Shown here one piece after another: positions 1-12,800 of a stretch of 64,000 nucleotides of DNA. Both the position numbers and the translations under genes were made by a program. Within the stretch, counting starts at the first letter, position 1. Each line of letters starts with the position of its first letter. Source of the stretch: Geosiphon pyriformis uo1 (Eukaryota > Fungi > Glomeromycota); the NCBI GenBank assembly GCA_016748015.1, contig JAAOMT010000445.1:62001-126000 (forward strand). Direction: 5' to 3'. The notes beneath the pieces are model-generated. The model searched no databases. It was given only the letters and a program-made list of their open reading frames with translations, and had not been told where the DNA came from.

Positions 1-15
1 AATTAAAAACCTTAC

Positions 16-2026
16 CTCATTCGAATAATAGGACGCTATCCCGCCTTCACCATCTTTTCTATGGCCTCTGGCTTTATTAAACGATGCCATCGCTTTACCA
101 AATGCCTCATTCCTTTTTTCCATGTATTGCCGAGCTTTTTCCCGACAAAATTGGGGATCATAGTCATCGTTTTCCTCCTCTTTATGTTTAAGATCACTAC
201 GACAGGCATATCGGTCGATTACCGGAGAAGATGAAGCTGAGGTTGATGAAACTGAAGAAGATCTATTACTGAAATCATTGGTATTATCATTCAATTTTTT
301 ATCTCGGGCAATATTGTATTCACCAGTATCATGGTTGAAGACTACACCAGCTGGTAAAAATGGACTACTGGATGTGCCTAATCGATTTTTCATTTTCTCT
401 GGTTTTGAACTGTTGTTACTCCCTAAAACCTTTCCATTATTACTAATAATATCACTACTGAAATTACTACTACTTATTAACAATAGTTCGATTGCTTTTT
501 GCGAGGTTCCACCGCTAGCTACTAGGGCTTTTTTCAAAATTTCGAAATCGTGATTAGGGAACACACCTATCAATTGACCTAAACTTTGATCAAAAATTTC
601 TTGCTTGCTGCTAGGTTCCGAGGAGCAAAGTAATATCAATTCCTGGGCAGTTTCCATTAACTTTCCATGATTAGCATGGAATGTCGATATGATCTTTTTA
701 AGAGGGATGGTAGGAAGCATGTTTCGCAATTGTTGGATTTGATTTTCAAAACTTACCCAACAATTTTCGGAAGTCGAAGATCGAAAAGAATTAAAAGACG
801 GTGATTTCGAGGACGTGGAGGATAACAGAGCCGAATTGTCAGGGATTGAAAGATGCGCATTGATTTTAAAGATAATATTTTTTGATGGTTGCCTGCGTCG
901 CTTCTTCTTGCGATGTTTGAAGCGAGCTTCTGATGAGAGACCATCATCGCAATCCATATCACGCGTATCAAATGAAGATGAAGTTGATGCAGACGACAAA
1001 TAAGCTAACTCCGAATCTTTCCGTTCAGCTTCCAAAAACAGTTCATTAAAAATTAAGTCGTAATCATGGGGATATCTTCGCAGTAATGATTCCAACTTTT
1101 CATTCGAGATTTTGGGAAAGCAAGCCTTTAAAAAATCGAGGGGCGATTTATCATAATGGCCCAATTGCTCAACTTCTTCGTCCCAAGCAATTCCGTCGCT
1201 GTCAATAATGCTACACCCGGAATCGAAATCATCCGTTACATAAAGATGTCCCATTTGGTGATCCAGACCGGATACTGCCCCCTCATCTGAAGACGAGGGT
1301 GGATAGGGAGAATTTCCAAGCTCGGGATACAGGGGATAGATTTTATTTTTAGAACTTCTTCGACCTTTGAAGGGTTTTAATTTATCGTTTTCATCATGGT
1401 TGAAATTTTCACTGGTAGTACTGTTGTTATTGCTGCTGCTGCTGCTGCTGCTGTTGCTGTTGCTGTTGCTATTTTCTGACCATTGATAATTGGGCCCAAA
1501 AGCAAAACGCTCAGCGTCCAATTCTAAATTAGCTTCTTTGGCGAGATGGTTGAGAATCTCGACGCAGGCATTGAAATCTTGCACATCTCCAATAATGGCA
1601 GCAACCAAAGCCGAATCAAGCGGTGGGCAGAACAAGTCCTGCGCCGCATCAAAAGGAAGCAATTTAAAACCTATGTGAGTTTGAGATTAGTCTAATAAAT
1701 GCTTTAAATTAAAAGCTTTAAATACATAATTGAATTTGTATTTTTTTTAATATATTATGAATTTAATTAAGGTTTCTTGGCAGTTTCAAATAAAAATGAT
1801 AAATATATTACATTAAAAAGCAAAAAAGTCAAGTTTATGTGTAAAAGGCAAGTGAAGTCGTCCACACACCATTTTTTCATAACCTTGAACCGACGAATTT
1901 TGAATTCGAGTTTTTTGTACATGGTTTCTTGGTGGTAGCGACTTACGCTTAAAAGACAGTTCGACTCCTTCGCCTTTTCCAAAAAGCCCCACATCTCACC
2001 TCTAATTTCCTCTGAAGAGTATCCAT
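16..2026 (-). CDS. CUE-domain / Smr-domain protein (Cue2/N4BP2-like no-go-decay endonuclease family), 5' part; continues beyond the left edge
   Basis: Exon 1 2026-2000 (MDTLQRKLE|gtgag) and exon 2 1638-16 (cag|DLFCPPLDSALVAAII ... KRNEAFGKAMASFNKARGHRKDGEGGIASYYSNE|gtaag) are both phase 0. The 'E-x-x-FCPPLDSAL' N-terminus, three CUE-like segments (LKACFP, LRNMLP, LIGVFP) and the pre-Smr helical motif are typical of fungal Smr proteins. The Smr domain itself lies outside the window. Confidence 0.75.
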
Positions 2027-2789
2027 TATTTTAATGAGTAGTCAGGTAGAGAGTAATTGTTTGGATTCGGCAAAATACAACCCACACAGAAGAAAATGGG
2101 TCAACGCGTAAGGTTTTAGGTAGAAGTAAAGAAAAGACCATTGCAATTATGTTTATTGTTGATATAGGGATCCTGAAGGATTTTGTACAACCTAATGGTA
2201 AATCGTTTTAGGGAAGAGCGTGTGAAAAAGGCTGGGTGCTAAATCACCAGGCTTAACAAGTATTTGATTGGACAAGAAATGTTGGTCAATTACCTCTAAA
2301 TTTAACTTGTATCAAAATCATTAAGATCGTCTTGGAATAACTTTTTTCATCATTTATTTGCCATATAAAATGCCATACTTGTTATTAAGACACTGGGCAG
2401 AATATTTTTTTGAAATCGATCCTCAGGATTCTCGGCTTGATCAAAAATTTTAAAATTCTAGACATCAATTAAAAGAGAATTTCATTTAACGGTTTGACCC
2501 GAAAAATGGGTTCACAATAGAATGTTCGATTTGAAACGTTTAAAAGAAATGTGTAACTCTTTGATTGATTTAATACTTATAGTGAAAATTTATCAGGTGA
2601 TCAAAAATTCAGAACCTAAAAATTCATGCATAGTTTATGCTGTTTAACTCCTATTTTACCCGATGTTAAGGAGAACCATGATACCCTTTTACAGTTTCAC
2701 TAACTAAAAAGTTTTTTCTTTGAGCTACCCAAAAAAACAAAGGTACGACTTTTTGAAAAAAATTCCCAATTTTAGATTTTTTTGGATTC

Positions 2790-3300
2790 TTAAAAAAAAA
2801 TAAAAATAAAAAAAAATAAAAAATATGAATTTTATTAATAATAACTGATAATTTATAAATTTTATTATAATTATTAATGATAATATTATATTTTTTATAA
2901 TTTATAATTTAACAATTTTTTATTTTGACAAAAAAATATTTTTTAATATTAATTTTGGTATTTTTTATAATTTATTATAATTAATATAATAATTTTTAAC
3001 TATTTAATACAATAAAACAATAAATAATAAATAATAAATAATAAATAATAAATAATAAATAATAAATAATAAATAATAAATGATTATTAATAAAAGTAAT
3101 TAATATATTTTAAATTTTAATTATTAAAGAAAATCAATATATTTTAAATAAAATAAAAATATTTTTTTTGAATTTATTAATAATATTTAAAAAAAAATTA
3201 TTTTTTATTTTTTTTTAAAATAAAAGATTCAAATTTTCTATTAAAACCCAATTAAAAATTATAAAATTTTAAGTTTTTTAAATCTTTCATTATGGTTAAA
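2790..3300. repeat. Extremely AT-rich low-complexity block with an (AAATAAT)n array at ~3017-3080
   Basis: Seen directly; almost no G/C. Confidence 0.8.
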
Positions 3301-4787
3301 TGAAGATGGTTATTTTTATGATATTTCAAAGTCAAATTGATTATATTTTTGAAATAAAATTTAATTTTAAAAATTTTCAGGTTAATTTGTTTCTACAATT
3401 TTTGATTGCAAAATTATCTTAATTAAAATCAATCCTAATCGAAAAAATATATTCGAATTGGATTTAAAATCATTTTTTCATTAAAAACTTCTCACGCAAC
3501 TTTTTTTTTGTTTCACATTATTGTATAGTTATGCAAGTACACCCAATCACCTTTTTTTACGAGATATTGCGAATGTTAATCCATAATGCAATTACGCCAA
3601 ATTCTATGATAATTAAATATGAAGAAGCCTGTCACAGCATATCATTGTTTGAAGATATCATTAACAATGTTAATGAAAAGATGATAAGTTTTAATACACG
3701 TTTTCAAAGTTTGACTCTGATTATTTGTAAATTCAAAAACAGAATTTTTTCAAGAGTAATTTCAATTCATTTTGTTAAAAATTTATTTTTAAAAAAAAAA
3801 TCAAAAAAGAGATTATGCATAAATTTAAGAAAAACCTTGACATGATGCCAAATTTTTTATGAAAATAAAATTTAACCATTCAAGATCAATAGCTAAACAA
3901 TTTCTGGAGTTTGCTAATTGATTTTTGATAGATTTCAAAGTAAATTATAATAAAATTTTGACAACCCTAAAAGTTAGCAGCAAATTTTTGTGATAAATAT
4001 CAGTTTTTTATTATCATAATTGTTCTAGAATAATACCAAATTTTAATCCATTGAACTTAAAAACCAAACATATTCTTATACATTTTTATTGGAATAATCA
4101 AATAACGATAATCCATTAATTGTTTAATCGAATCAAAAAAAGCGATTTTAAAAAAGATTGGTTAGATTGGAAAAATTAAGTTGTAGCTTTTTTGTCCTAT
4201 TTAATGATAACGGAAACAATTTTTACTTATTTGTTTGTTTATGAGATAAAGTTTCGTTTAGCATGATTGAAAAACAACATTATTTTCAAAAGAGATTATC
4301 AAAAAGTAATTTCAAAAACTTTTGTTGAATCTTTTTAATATTATACTGTGAAATTGTCATCTTTTTGGGAATTTATGTTTTGCTAATATCATCAATTAAA
4401 AAAGAATCATCGACAGTTCACATTTAATGACAATAATGGTGTTATTTCTGTTGTTGTTGTTGTTGTTGTTGTTGGTGGTTGTGGTAGTAATTGTGGATGC
4501 CAGAATTTTGACAGTAATCAAAAATAAAATTGAAAGAAATTTGTAAAGATTAGAAATTCAATTATTTAAAAGGTTTCTGGATTTCCTTTCAAAGCCCAAA
4601 TTAAAAAAAACGGCCCCTATTGCCCCCCACGTCAAATTAGAATTGTGTAATTTTGATAAACTTATATCAATCATTCCGTGACGTATAATTGAAGAAATCA
4701 TACAATGGATCCTTACATACATTATGGAAAATTTTCCGGATCTACGCAAAAAACGATCGAATCAAATATTATCAGATATTACGAATG

Positions 4788-4897
<110 letters not shown>

Positions 4898-6061
4898 CAT
4901 CATTTTTTTACAAATAAAATCAATAATTTTTTTTTGCACCAAGTTAATTTATTTCCAGAAAATTTGGTTTATTAATATATTGTCTAAATTTAAAGCTTAA
5001 TCAACAATAAACAATTGTTATTGAATATTAATAATAACGAATAATTAGATTGACTTACGAATGGCGTGCTCCACATTTAATGGTATTTTACGAGAATAGT
5101 ACGCAATAAAAATATGATTTAATTGATTAAAATAAATAAAGTTGGTATAAGAAATTACTAAATTAAATCTATTAATATTTTTTAAATCAATTATTTTCTG
5201 TGATAAATAAGAAAACATTGAAAATTTGATTATTAAAAATAAAATTCATAATTATTGTTTATTATCTGACAAAAAATTGCAATCTAAATAAACTTGGAAT
5301 ATTTTATAAAAATCAATTCTTAAATTTATGCTTGATTTCTTTGAATTAGAGTTTTTGCTAATATTTCAGAAAGTTTATTAAACAAGTTTATCATTCATTT
5401 TATTAATGACTTTGTTAATTTGGGAATTTTTAACTGAAATATAAGAATTCTATTTTCACAATCTTTTTGAGTTTCATTTTAATTGGACAAAATGACTTGG
5501 TTTTACTTGCGTCAAAGTGATACAAATTCCAAGTTTATTATATTTCAAGCTAATTTCAAATGTGATATTAATCTTTAGAAATTTGTAAAAGGCGAGAGCT
5601 ATATCTTGAGTTCTTTTAATATTTTAGTATGAAAATTAATCATCTTTCAAACTAATAAAATTAATAATTAGTATTTGTGGTTTTTAATACAATGTGCAAG
5701 ATTATATTAAATTGCTGTTACTGAGCTCAAAGTTCTCTCTGACACACCAAAGAGAATTTTTATATCATAATTGATCTTTTTTTTGCAGAATCATTTTTTG
5801 TGTCAAAAAATTCTATCAATTACTTTTCCGACTTTTTAAGCTAGCAATGACATGGAAACAATTTAAAGCTTTCGATCAATCAATCAAATGACAAATTTAT
5901 CAAATATATGTTCTGTGAGATATCTCAAGACCCTAATTTTAAGGGATATCCTCTTTCAATTAAAAGTGAAACAAAATTTTTTAAGCCCATTGTTTTTTTT
6001 TTTTGTTAAATCTCTCAGTGATTCCATAAACTCAACAAGAGTGGTGACTCAAAGTTAAAAA

Positions 6062-8919
6062 ATGAATCCAAGAAAAAAATATGTTCCAAGTTTAACAGGT
6101 TCTTTCCCTGAGCTACACAATAAAATATCCTTGGCTGAAAATGTTAAGAAAAAATACGTGGTCAAAGATGTAATCGATACAGAAAATGAAGATGAAGATT
6201 TGCAACTTTTGATTAATTTCAAGGGTAATAGTCATTAAAGTCGTTTATCCTATCAATATATCTGGATTGTTTTAAATTAGTTTTTGTACTCTCTTGTAGA
6301 CGACAATATAGAGCCTCTTTGGGTTCCATACCATGATTTCTATTATGGTGAAAAGCTGATGGCTGGATATGAACAGCAAAAATCTTTAACGGGTGATATG
6401 GAAAATGAAAAGGTCAAAGATCAAATTAGTTTTCATAGTACGTGGGTGCTCAATACCAAAGGAATAAATTTTTTGGGTTAAATAGGTCAATTTTCGAATT
6501 CATCAAACAATTAACCACAAAGGAATCTTAAAAGCATCTGAAAAGGTTCCCATACCTGATTCAGACTCAAAGAATGTCGAGAGCTCATTGAGACAAAAAA
6601 ATAATATACATGCATCATCCTCAGGGAATCATAGTTCGGCAACACCCCTCAAATCAGCCTTTAGGTCACCAATAACCCCTTATATTTCAAGCATAAAAAA
6701 TAGAGATGATAGTTCAAAAAGAAAGGTTAGGGAGATAAATTTACCACCCTCTTCATCTAAGCCTAGAAAGTCGGTGAGTTTCTCTGAGATCGATGAACGT
6801 CAATCTCCTCCACCATGGATACTTGGGTTACCAATACCCGAGGAGAATGTTGAAGAGCAAAAAATTAGTGATTTTCCACCAAAACCCATTCTCAAAGGGT
6901 TCATTAAAACTCCAAGCTTTCCGGCTTACAAATCAAAGGGTAAACTTCTCACCAGTAAGGCAATATTTCTATCGATATTTTAATAACTTCATATTATATT
7001 TCAGAGATTCAAAAAGAAATTGCTACCTGGAAAGGAACCTTGATGAAATCACCAAACCAAGTGTTTATTAGCCATGTTTGGATAAAACCAAAAAAGGGCT
7101 ACTGTGAAGGTGCAACATACTTCATGTAAGTAGTTTTTTCAAATCTTGTTTAATGCTGTTTCTATCCCATTGATTCTGGGAAATTGCTACAGGAAACTTT
7201 TAAATTCCGTTGATGTCTTGTGGTTGAGAGGAATGATTCCTCTCTCATACGCCCAAGAAATCTTGGGCTTGAACAAAGATTCAAAGCCACTCTCTATATT
7301 TATAATGGACTCTGATAATTCCTTTGGGGACCCCGAAAATCGTCTCAAGAGAGCTTATCAAAAATTCGAATGCAGCGATCAGGCAAGTGTCGATGATCCT
7401 ATGACCCAGCTTGTCTATTACCTTCACTGAATAAATATTGACCATTGAAAATGTCTGACAGATTGGTGTTTTATTCTTAAACGAAGAAAAGGCTGAATGC
7501 TTTTTGACATTTCCTAATTCCGAGAAAACCTGGAGGAAATTCAACTTTATTAAGAAACCTTCAGCTCCAATAATATTGGTACATTGCAACATAAAGGTTC
7601 AGAAGACATCTTTTTTCTTGAGACATGATGTGAATCATTCAATTCCCATGAGGATGATTACTGGTGATGCTGATTCATACTTTGGAGTCGTTATCGCTAG
7701 TGCCAACTCTTGGCTGGATATTTTACCTTCTGTATGTGCGTCAAACCCGAAATTTACTGTTTTTGGAATCCAAAATCACCAAGAAGTCATCGATTTGATT
7801 CAAGCAGCGATTCTTTATGGTGGAATCCATGTTGCCAGCTTTGACGAAAAAAATATCGAAATTGTTTTTGTAAGTATTTACAATATGATTTATACTCAAT
7901 TTTTCCATGACCCATTTAATCATCTGATTCTTTTGGTTGGAAAGGTGCATTATTGTCTCATCGAACAACTGGCTTTTATGCCTAATTTAACAAGTTTAAA
8001 ACGCACACCAGAATGCCACTTCTATCTTTTTGGATGGGATCCGACTCTGCCGAAATCCTTGAAATTACCTGAAATTTTAGTGTCTGGTTTGAAAGTCAAA
8101 AATTTATCATTTTCACATTGATAATTGATTTAATAAATATTAGAAGCTATAATTGAGCTTCTCTTTATTATAGGAGGCTACATAGCTATCTCGACCGCGG
8201 TGTTACTTGCTCACGAAAGAGCGACAGTAAAGATATCTAATGCTCTTAATTCCGTAGGTCGAATTAAAATGAACGAAGACTCGAATTTTTGATGAAAACA
8301 TGAATTGAAGAAGTTAATCGCTTGATTTAAATAGAAAAGAAACGTTGACAAATCAACTTGGAAAGTTGTGTTTCATCCACAAACTCCGCGTAATCTAAAA
8401 GCAATGGGTCAAAGGCTTCAGAATTGGAGGTGCGCATATATAATTATTAGTCTTTGAAAAAAATACAATTATAACAATCTTTTAAAAACCTGCTTTGAAA
8501 TTTATGCAGACCAGGAGCTCAAGCCTTAAGTATCATTCTCGGGATACAAAAGGGTGAATTTGAAATACTAAAACCTGATGAAATTTGTGAGGTAATCATT
8601 TCTCAATCCCCTAGTGAAAATTTTGAATTTTGAATAAAGTTTTGCTCTTTTTCATAGGATAAAGAGACCGAAATTAAAATTCTTTATTGGACACTGCTTC
8701 GACTTCAACGTCTTTATTTTCAAAAGGCGCGTCATTTCGTTTTAATTGGACAACCAAATGAACTTCCAATACAAAATTCGGAAATATTTGGCGGAGTAAG
8801 CTACTTTTCATTTTATTGTTGTGTTCTCTATTTGCTCCATTATAAAATTCTTAATTACCTAGGTCGAACAGTATACATTTTCCGAATTTGAAGAAACCTA
8901 TTTGTTAAAATGGCAATAA
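6062..8919 (+). CDS. Chromodomain protein with C-terminal SPOC/PIN-like region, Chp1/TASOR-like (multi-exon)
   Basis: Spliced reconstruction gives a divergent chromodomain KYVVKDVIDTENEDEDLQLLINFK|DDNIEPLWVPYHDFYYGEKLMAGY, a basic/Pro linker, then IATWKGTL...WLRGMIPLSY (SPOC-like) and LAFMPNLTSLKRTPECHFYLFG...EILVSGGYIAIS...WKVVFHP...LLRLQRLYFQKARHFVLIG. The last segment recalls the TASOR/Chp1 C-terminal PIN-like region. Stop TAA at 8917-8919; start uncertain. Confidence 0.7.
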
Positions 8920-9806
8920 TGTAATCTCATTATAAATCTCGTCTAGTGGGATGACAATAACTGTATTTGCAAAGTTCTAATATCAAATGCACCATATACA
9001 TTTGTTTTGACAATATTTTCCAAGGAGTAAATTAATAAAAATTATTTCTTCCTCGAAAAAAAAGTTTGAAAATTTAAATTCATGCAATCAGGTGTCTTAT
9101 TTTTAATTAAATAGATTAAAAGCAAGTAGCAAAACAGAAAAAAATACCAAAAAACATGAATTTAGCTTTGGACTTGAATGTAACTTTATAGCATATCTTT
9201 TAGAAAGATTTATTCGCAACTCAAGTTTTTAGACTGTATGAGCTCAGAGAAAATTTTGTTTCGAGATAATTTCTGTTTATCTTTTTGAAAAAATAAATTA
9301 AATCCTAATATTCCTGCATTAGATATCCTTTCACCTTTATAACATGCTACCACCCCATATAAAAAGTCCTATCTTTAAGAAGTTCAGTTTTATAACTTTA
9401 CGTTAATTTGACAAGAGAATATGAATATTTATATTATAATAATATTAATTATTATTATTATTATTATTTATTATTATTTGAATAAAAAAGCGTTATTTTC
9501 CTATATGCATGAGTATAACAAAGTGAGTTTCTTTTAAATATGAAAACGGGGTAAAAAATTTTGACGCTAGAGATTTAAGTGATTATGGAGGGGAATAATT
9601 ATGTAAGAAATATGTAGTAAAACAGGGTTTTCACCTGTATGGTTTATGAAACAGAAAGTTTTGTGATCTTTACAATGAGAAAAATTAAAACTACAGAAAA
9701 AAATAAAAATAAAAACTAAATTATCAAGCGAAATTCTATTTAATTCGATATACTAATAACTATTTACTAATATGGAGAACGCTTTGTCTTTAAAATTGCA
9801 AATTTA

Positions 9807-12800
9807 CTACGTCATCACTTGATCTTCAGTAATCGAAGATGGTTTCTCCCCACGAGAACTCGCGTTGGCATTCCCAAAGTTACCATTAATCATAGTAAAC
9901 CCGAAACTATAGGTTGAGGTTGGCGTTGTTGGAGCTGAGGGTCCCTTGGAGAAAATAGGTATAACACTAGCATTTGATCGTTTATTAAGTACTCGATCTG
10001 ATGCAGTACTACCTCGACGTCGGATGGTGTTGATTGATGAGTCATTAGACATGTTCAAAACTCCATGGTTAATGCTACTGGCAGAAGATGAATTCTGGTT
10101 TGGGCCTTCCAGATTACCGTAATATATCTTGTTCTTGAATTGCTTTTGTTTTTTAGCAAGACCTTCTGAAAGACTTTTTGCTCTGGCTCTTGTGTATTTA
10201 AGCAATGACCGCTCTTGCTGCTGAATTTCATAAGAGGGCTCTATTAGCCGTTTTGTTGATTGTTCATTTGAAACCAATAGAGTGTCGTCATCTCCTGAAT
10301 CTTCCTGCTGATCGATTTTTAGGCAAGCCTCCTCGTCATTCCCCGCTAAGCTTTCGGTAACTTTGCTCTTAGCTACTATTGATGGCATCGTTTCTACCGA
10401 AATTTCTTTTAAAATTTCCTCTGAATTTGACAGGCCTCGTTGTAACTCTAATCCTTGTTCTTTCTCCTGTTGCATCTTTTGGGGCAAAGGGTGTAGGACT
10501 TGTCCCTTGGTTTCTTGTTGCTCTTCTTGTTTCGCTTTATGCTTTCGTAACTTGACCAAATAAGTGGATGCTGGAGGAAGAGGAAGCGGCGGTGGATTCA
10601 TCCGAGGAGTTTGTTGAGAAAGTATATAGGGGCTCGGAGTTATTCGAGAAGATGCCGGTGGTAGTGGAAGTGGTGGAGGATTTATTTTGGATGTTCCAAA
10701 ATTGATCTTGGTGTTTGTAGTAAATCTTGAGTGTGTTATGCTGTTGGAAGGTGGCAAACTTACAGAAATTTTTGACGATTGAGATTCTGAACGTGAATGC
10801 GACAAAGGAAGAGGAATTTTGGAGCCACCGCCGGATTGCGGTGAAATTGGGTCCATCGGAGGAGGAGAGTTCAATCGTGCTGATACTGGTGGAAGAGGTA
10901 AGGGTGGTGGAATATTACGTGTTAAACTTCGTGATGGTGTTGCAGGAGCCGATTTAGATTGATTTTGTAGATATGCCGATAAATTCAATTGCGAAGAAGG
11001 TAATGATATTTTCGATGGTCTTGTCTGATTAGTAGCTAGAGGAATTGGGGAAGGACTGGTGGAAAGTGATGCAGAAGTTGATGAAACTGATTGTATCGAT
11101 GAATTACGTAAAGTCCAAGTTGAACCCGAGGCTCCCGTCGATGAAGTTGAGCGAAAATGCCATTTGGATGTTGGGGGTGGTATAGGAGGTCCCCCATTGG
11201 ATTGTGATTGTTTTGAAGAATTTCTGGACTTTCGCGATTTAAGTGATGAAGATGAAGATGAAGAATAAGTCGGTGTTGAGGCACCAGATGAAGGAGGAGA
11301 GGATTCCATGGTCATTGGTGAATCCGGGAGTGGTGGTAAATCTTCCGAATTTAGAGACACTGTAGACCTAAGGGATTGGTTTGAAGCGGCCAAGCTCAGA
11401 GGTTCCGGTGTATGAGCTGGTGATATCTCCGTGGATCTTGGTGGAGAAGGTAATAAAGTTTGCGTTGGGCGTGTACTAGAAGGCGCATCCGAGAGAGAAG
11501 ATACACGTGAAAATTCCTCAAGAAGAGTTAATGGTTTTAGGGACATATTTTTTCCTGCAATTACATTTGGTGTTGGCCGAATTCTTGGGTTCAGAGAAGA
11601 AATAGACCGAACAGGTGTATTTGTGGGTAGAGTGTATTTGAGTTCGGGTGCAATTTTCGGGGCTGGAATAGGTATGATTTCAGAGACTTTTTTGGGCATC
11701 GATTTTATCTCTGCAATCAAACTTGGTAACGGTTTGATTTCAGATGTCGAAACTCTCTTGGCCTTTTTTCCAGCAGCATTAGATTGCTTTATTTCAACGT
11801 TCGGTTTTACTTTTAATTCTTCCGAGACTTCAATTGATTTTGTATCTTCAGAGATGGCGTTTAAATACTTTTCGATTTCCTGGTCCACATCCAAATTAAG
11901 GGTATCCTCCTTCTTCATTTTACTCAAATCTTTGGTTTCCAATTGAACTTCAACTATTGATATTGGCTCCTTGATTTCTGCCAATGATAGATTGATCGAT
12001 TGGTTGATATCCGTCACTACATCAATTGTTTCTTTGAGATCATCAACAAAAGTCACTTCAGCTTCTACCAGCTCCTTTTCAGATTGTGAATTTTCAGCAA
12101 CTAAATCTGTCGTTTCTTTAGCATCTTCCATGATAATCGGTTCGGGAACTGAGTCAGTTTCACTTGCTGTTTCCTTATCTTCCAAAAATTCCTTGTCTTT
12201 TAATTCGTTATCTATCGCAGCTTCTTCAAATGTCTTGACGATTTCCCTATCTTCCAAAAATTCCTTGTCTTTTAATTCTTTATCTATTACAGCTTCTTCA
12301 AATGTCTTGACAATTTCCTCATCTTCCAAAAATTCTTTATCTTTTAATTCGTTATCTATCGCAGCTTCTTCAAATGTCTTGACGATTTCCTTATCTTCCA
12401 AAAATTCATTATCTTCTAATTCGTTGTCTATTGCAACTTCTTCGAATGTATTACCGATTGATGATGGGTTCATCGTGAACTCTGCAGCAAAAGCTGCAAC
12501 TGCAGCATTGGCCGCACGCGATAATTCCTCAGCAAGGGTCACTCGCAATAATTCCTCTGCTAGGGTAACACCAGCCAATTCTTCAGTAAATGTTTGCAAT
12601 TTTGGATCTTCAAACATTAGGGAGGATGCTTGTGGTGTTGTCAATTGAAAACATAGCTCTTCATGAATATCTTCAGATGCAGCAGACTTTAATAGAAATG
12701 AATCATTTTCCATTACTGGAGATGATAATGTAGACGTATCATAATTCGCAGCAATTAATGTTTTTAATGAATCTTCATATTGAAATTGATCAATTTCTTT

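Noticed and set aside
2400-2790. Possible DNA-transposon terminus before the AT block
   Set aside because: No matching TIR, TSD or transposase found.
12171-12450. Regularly spaced repeats as a possible CRISPR-like array
   Set aside because: Contiguous in-frame 72-bp coding units without unique spacers; eukaryotic context.
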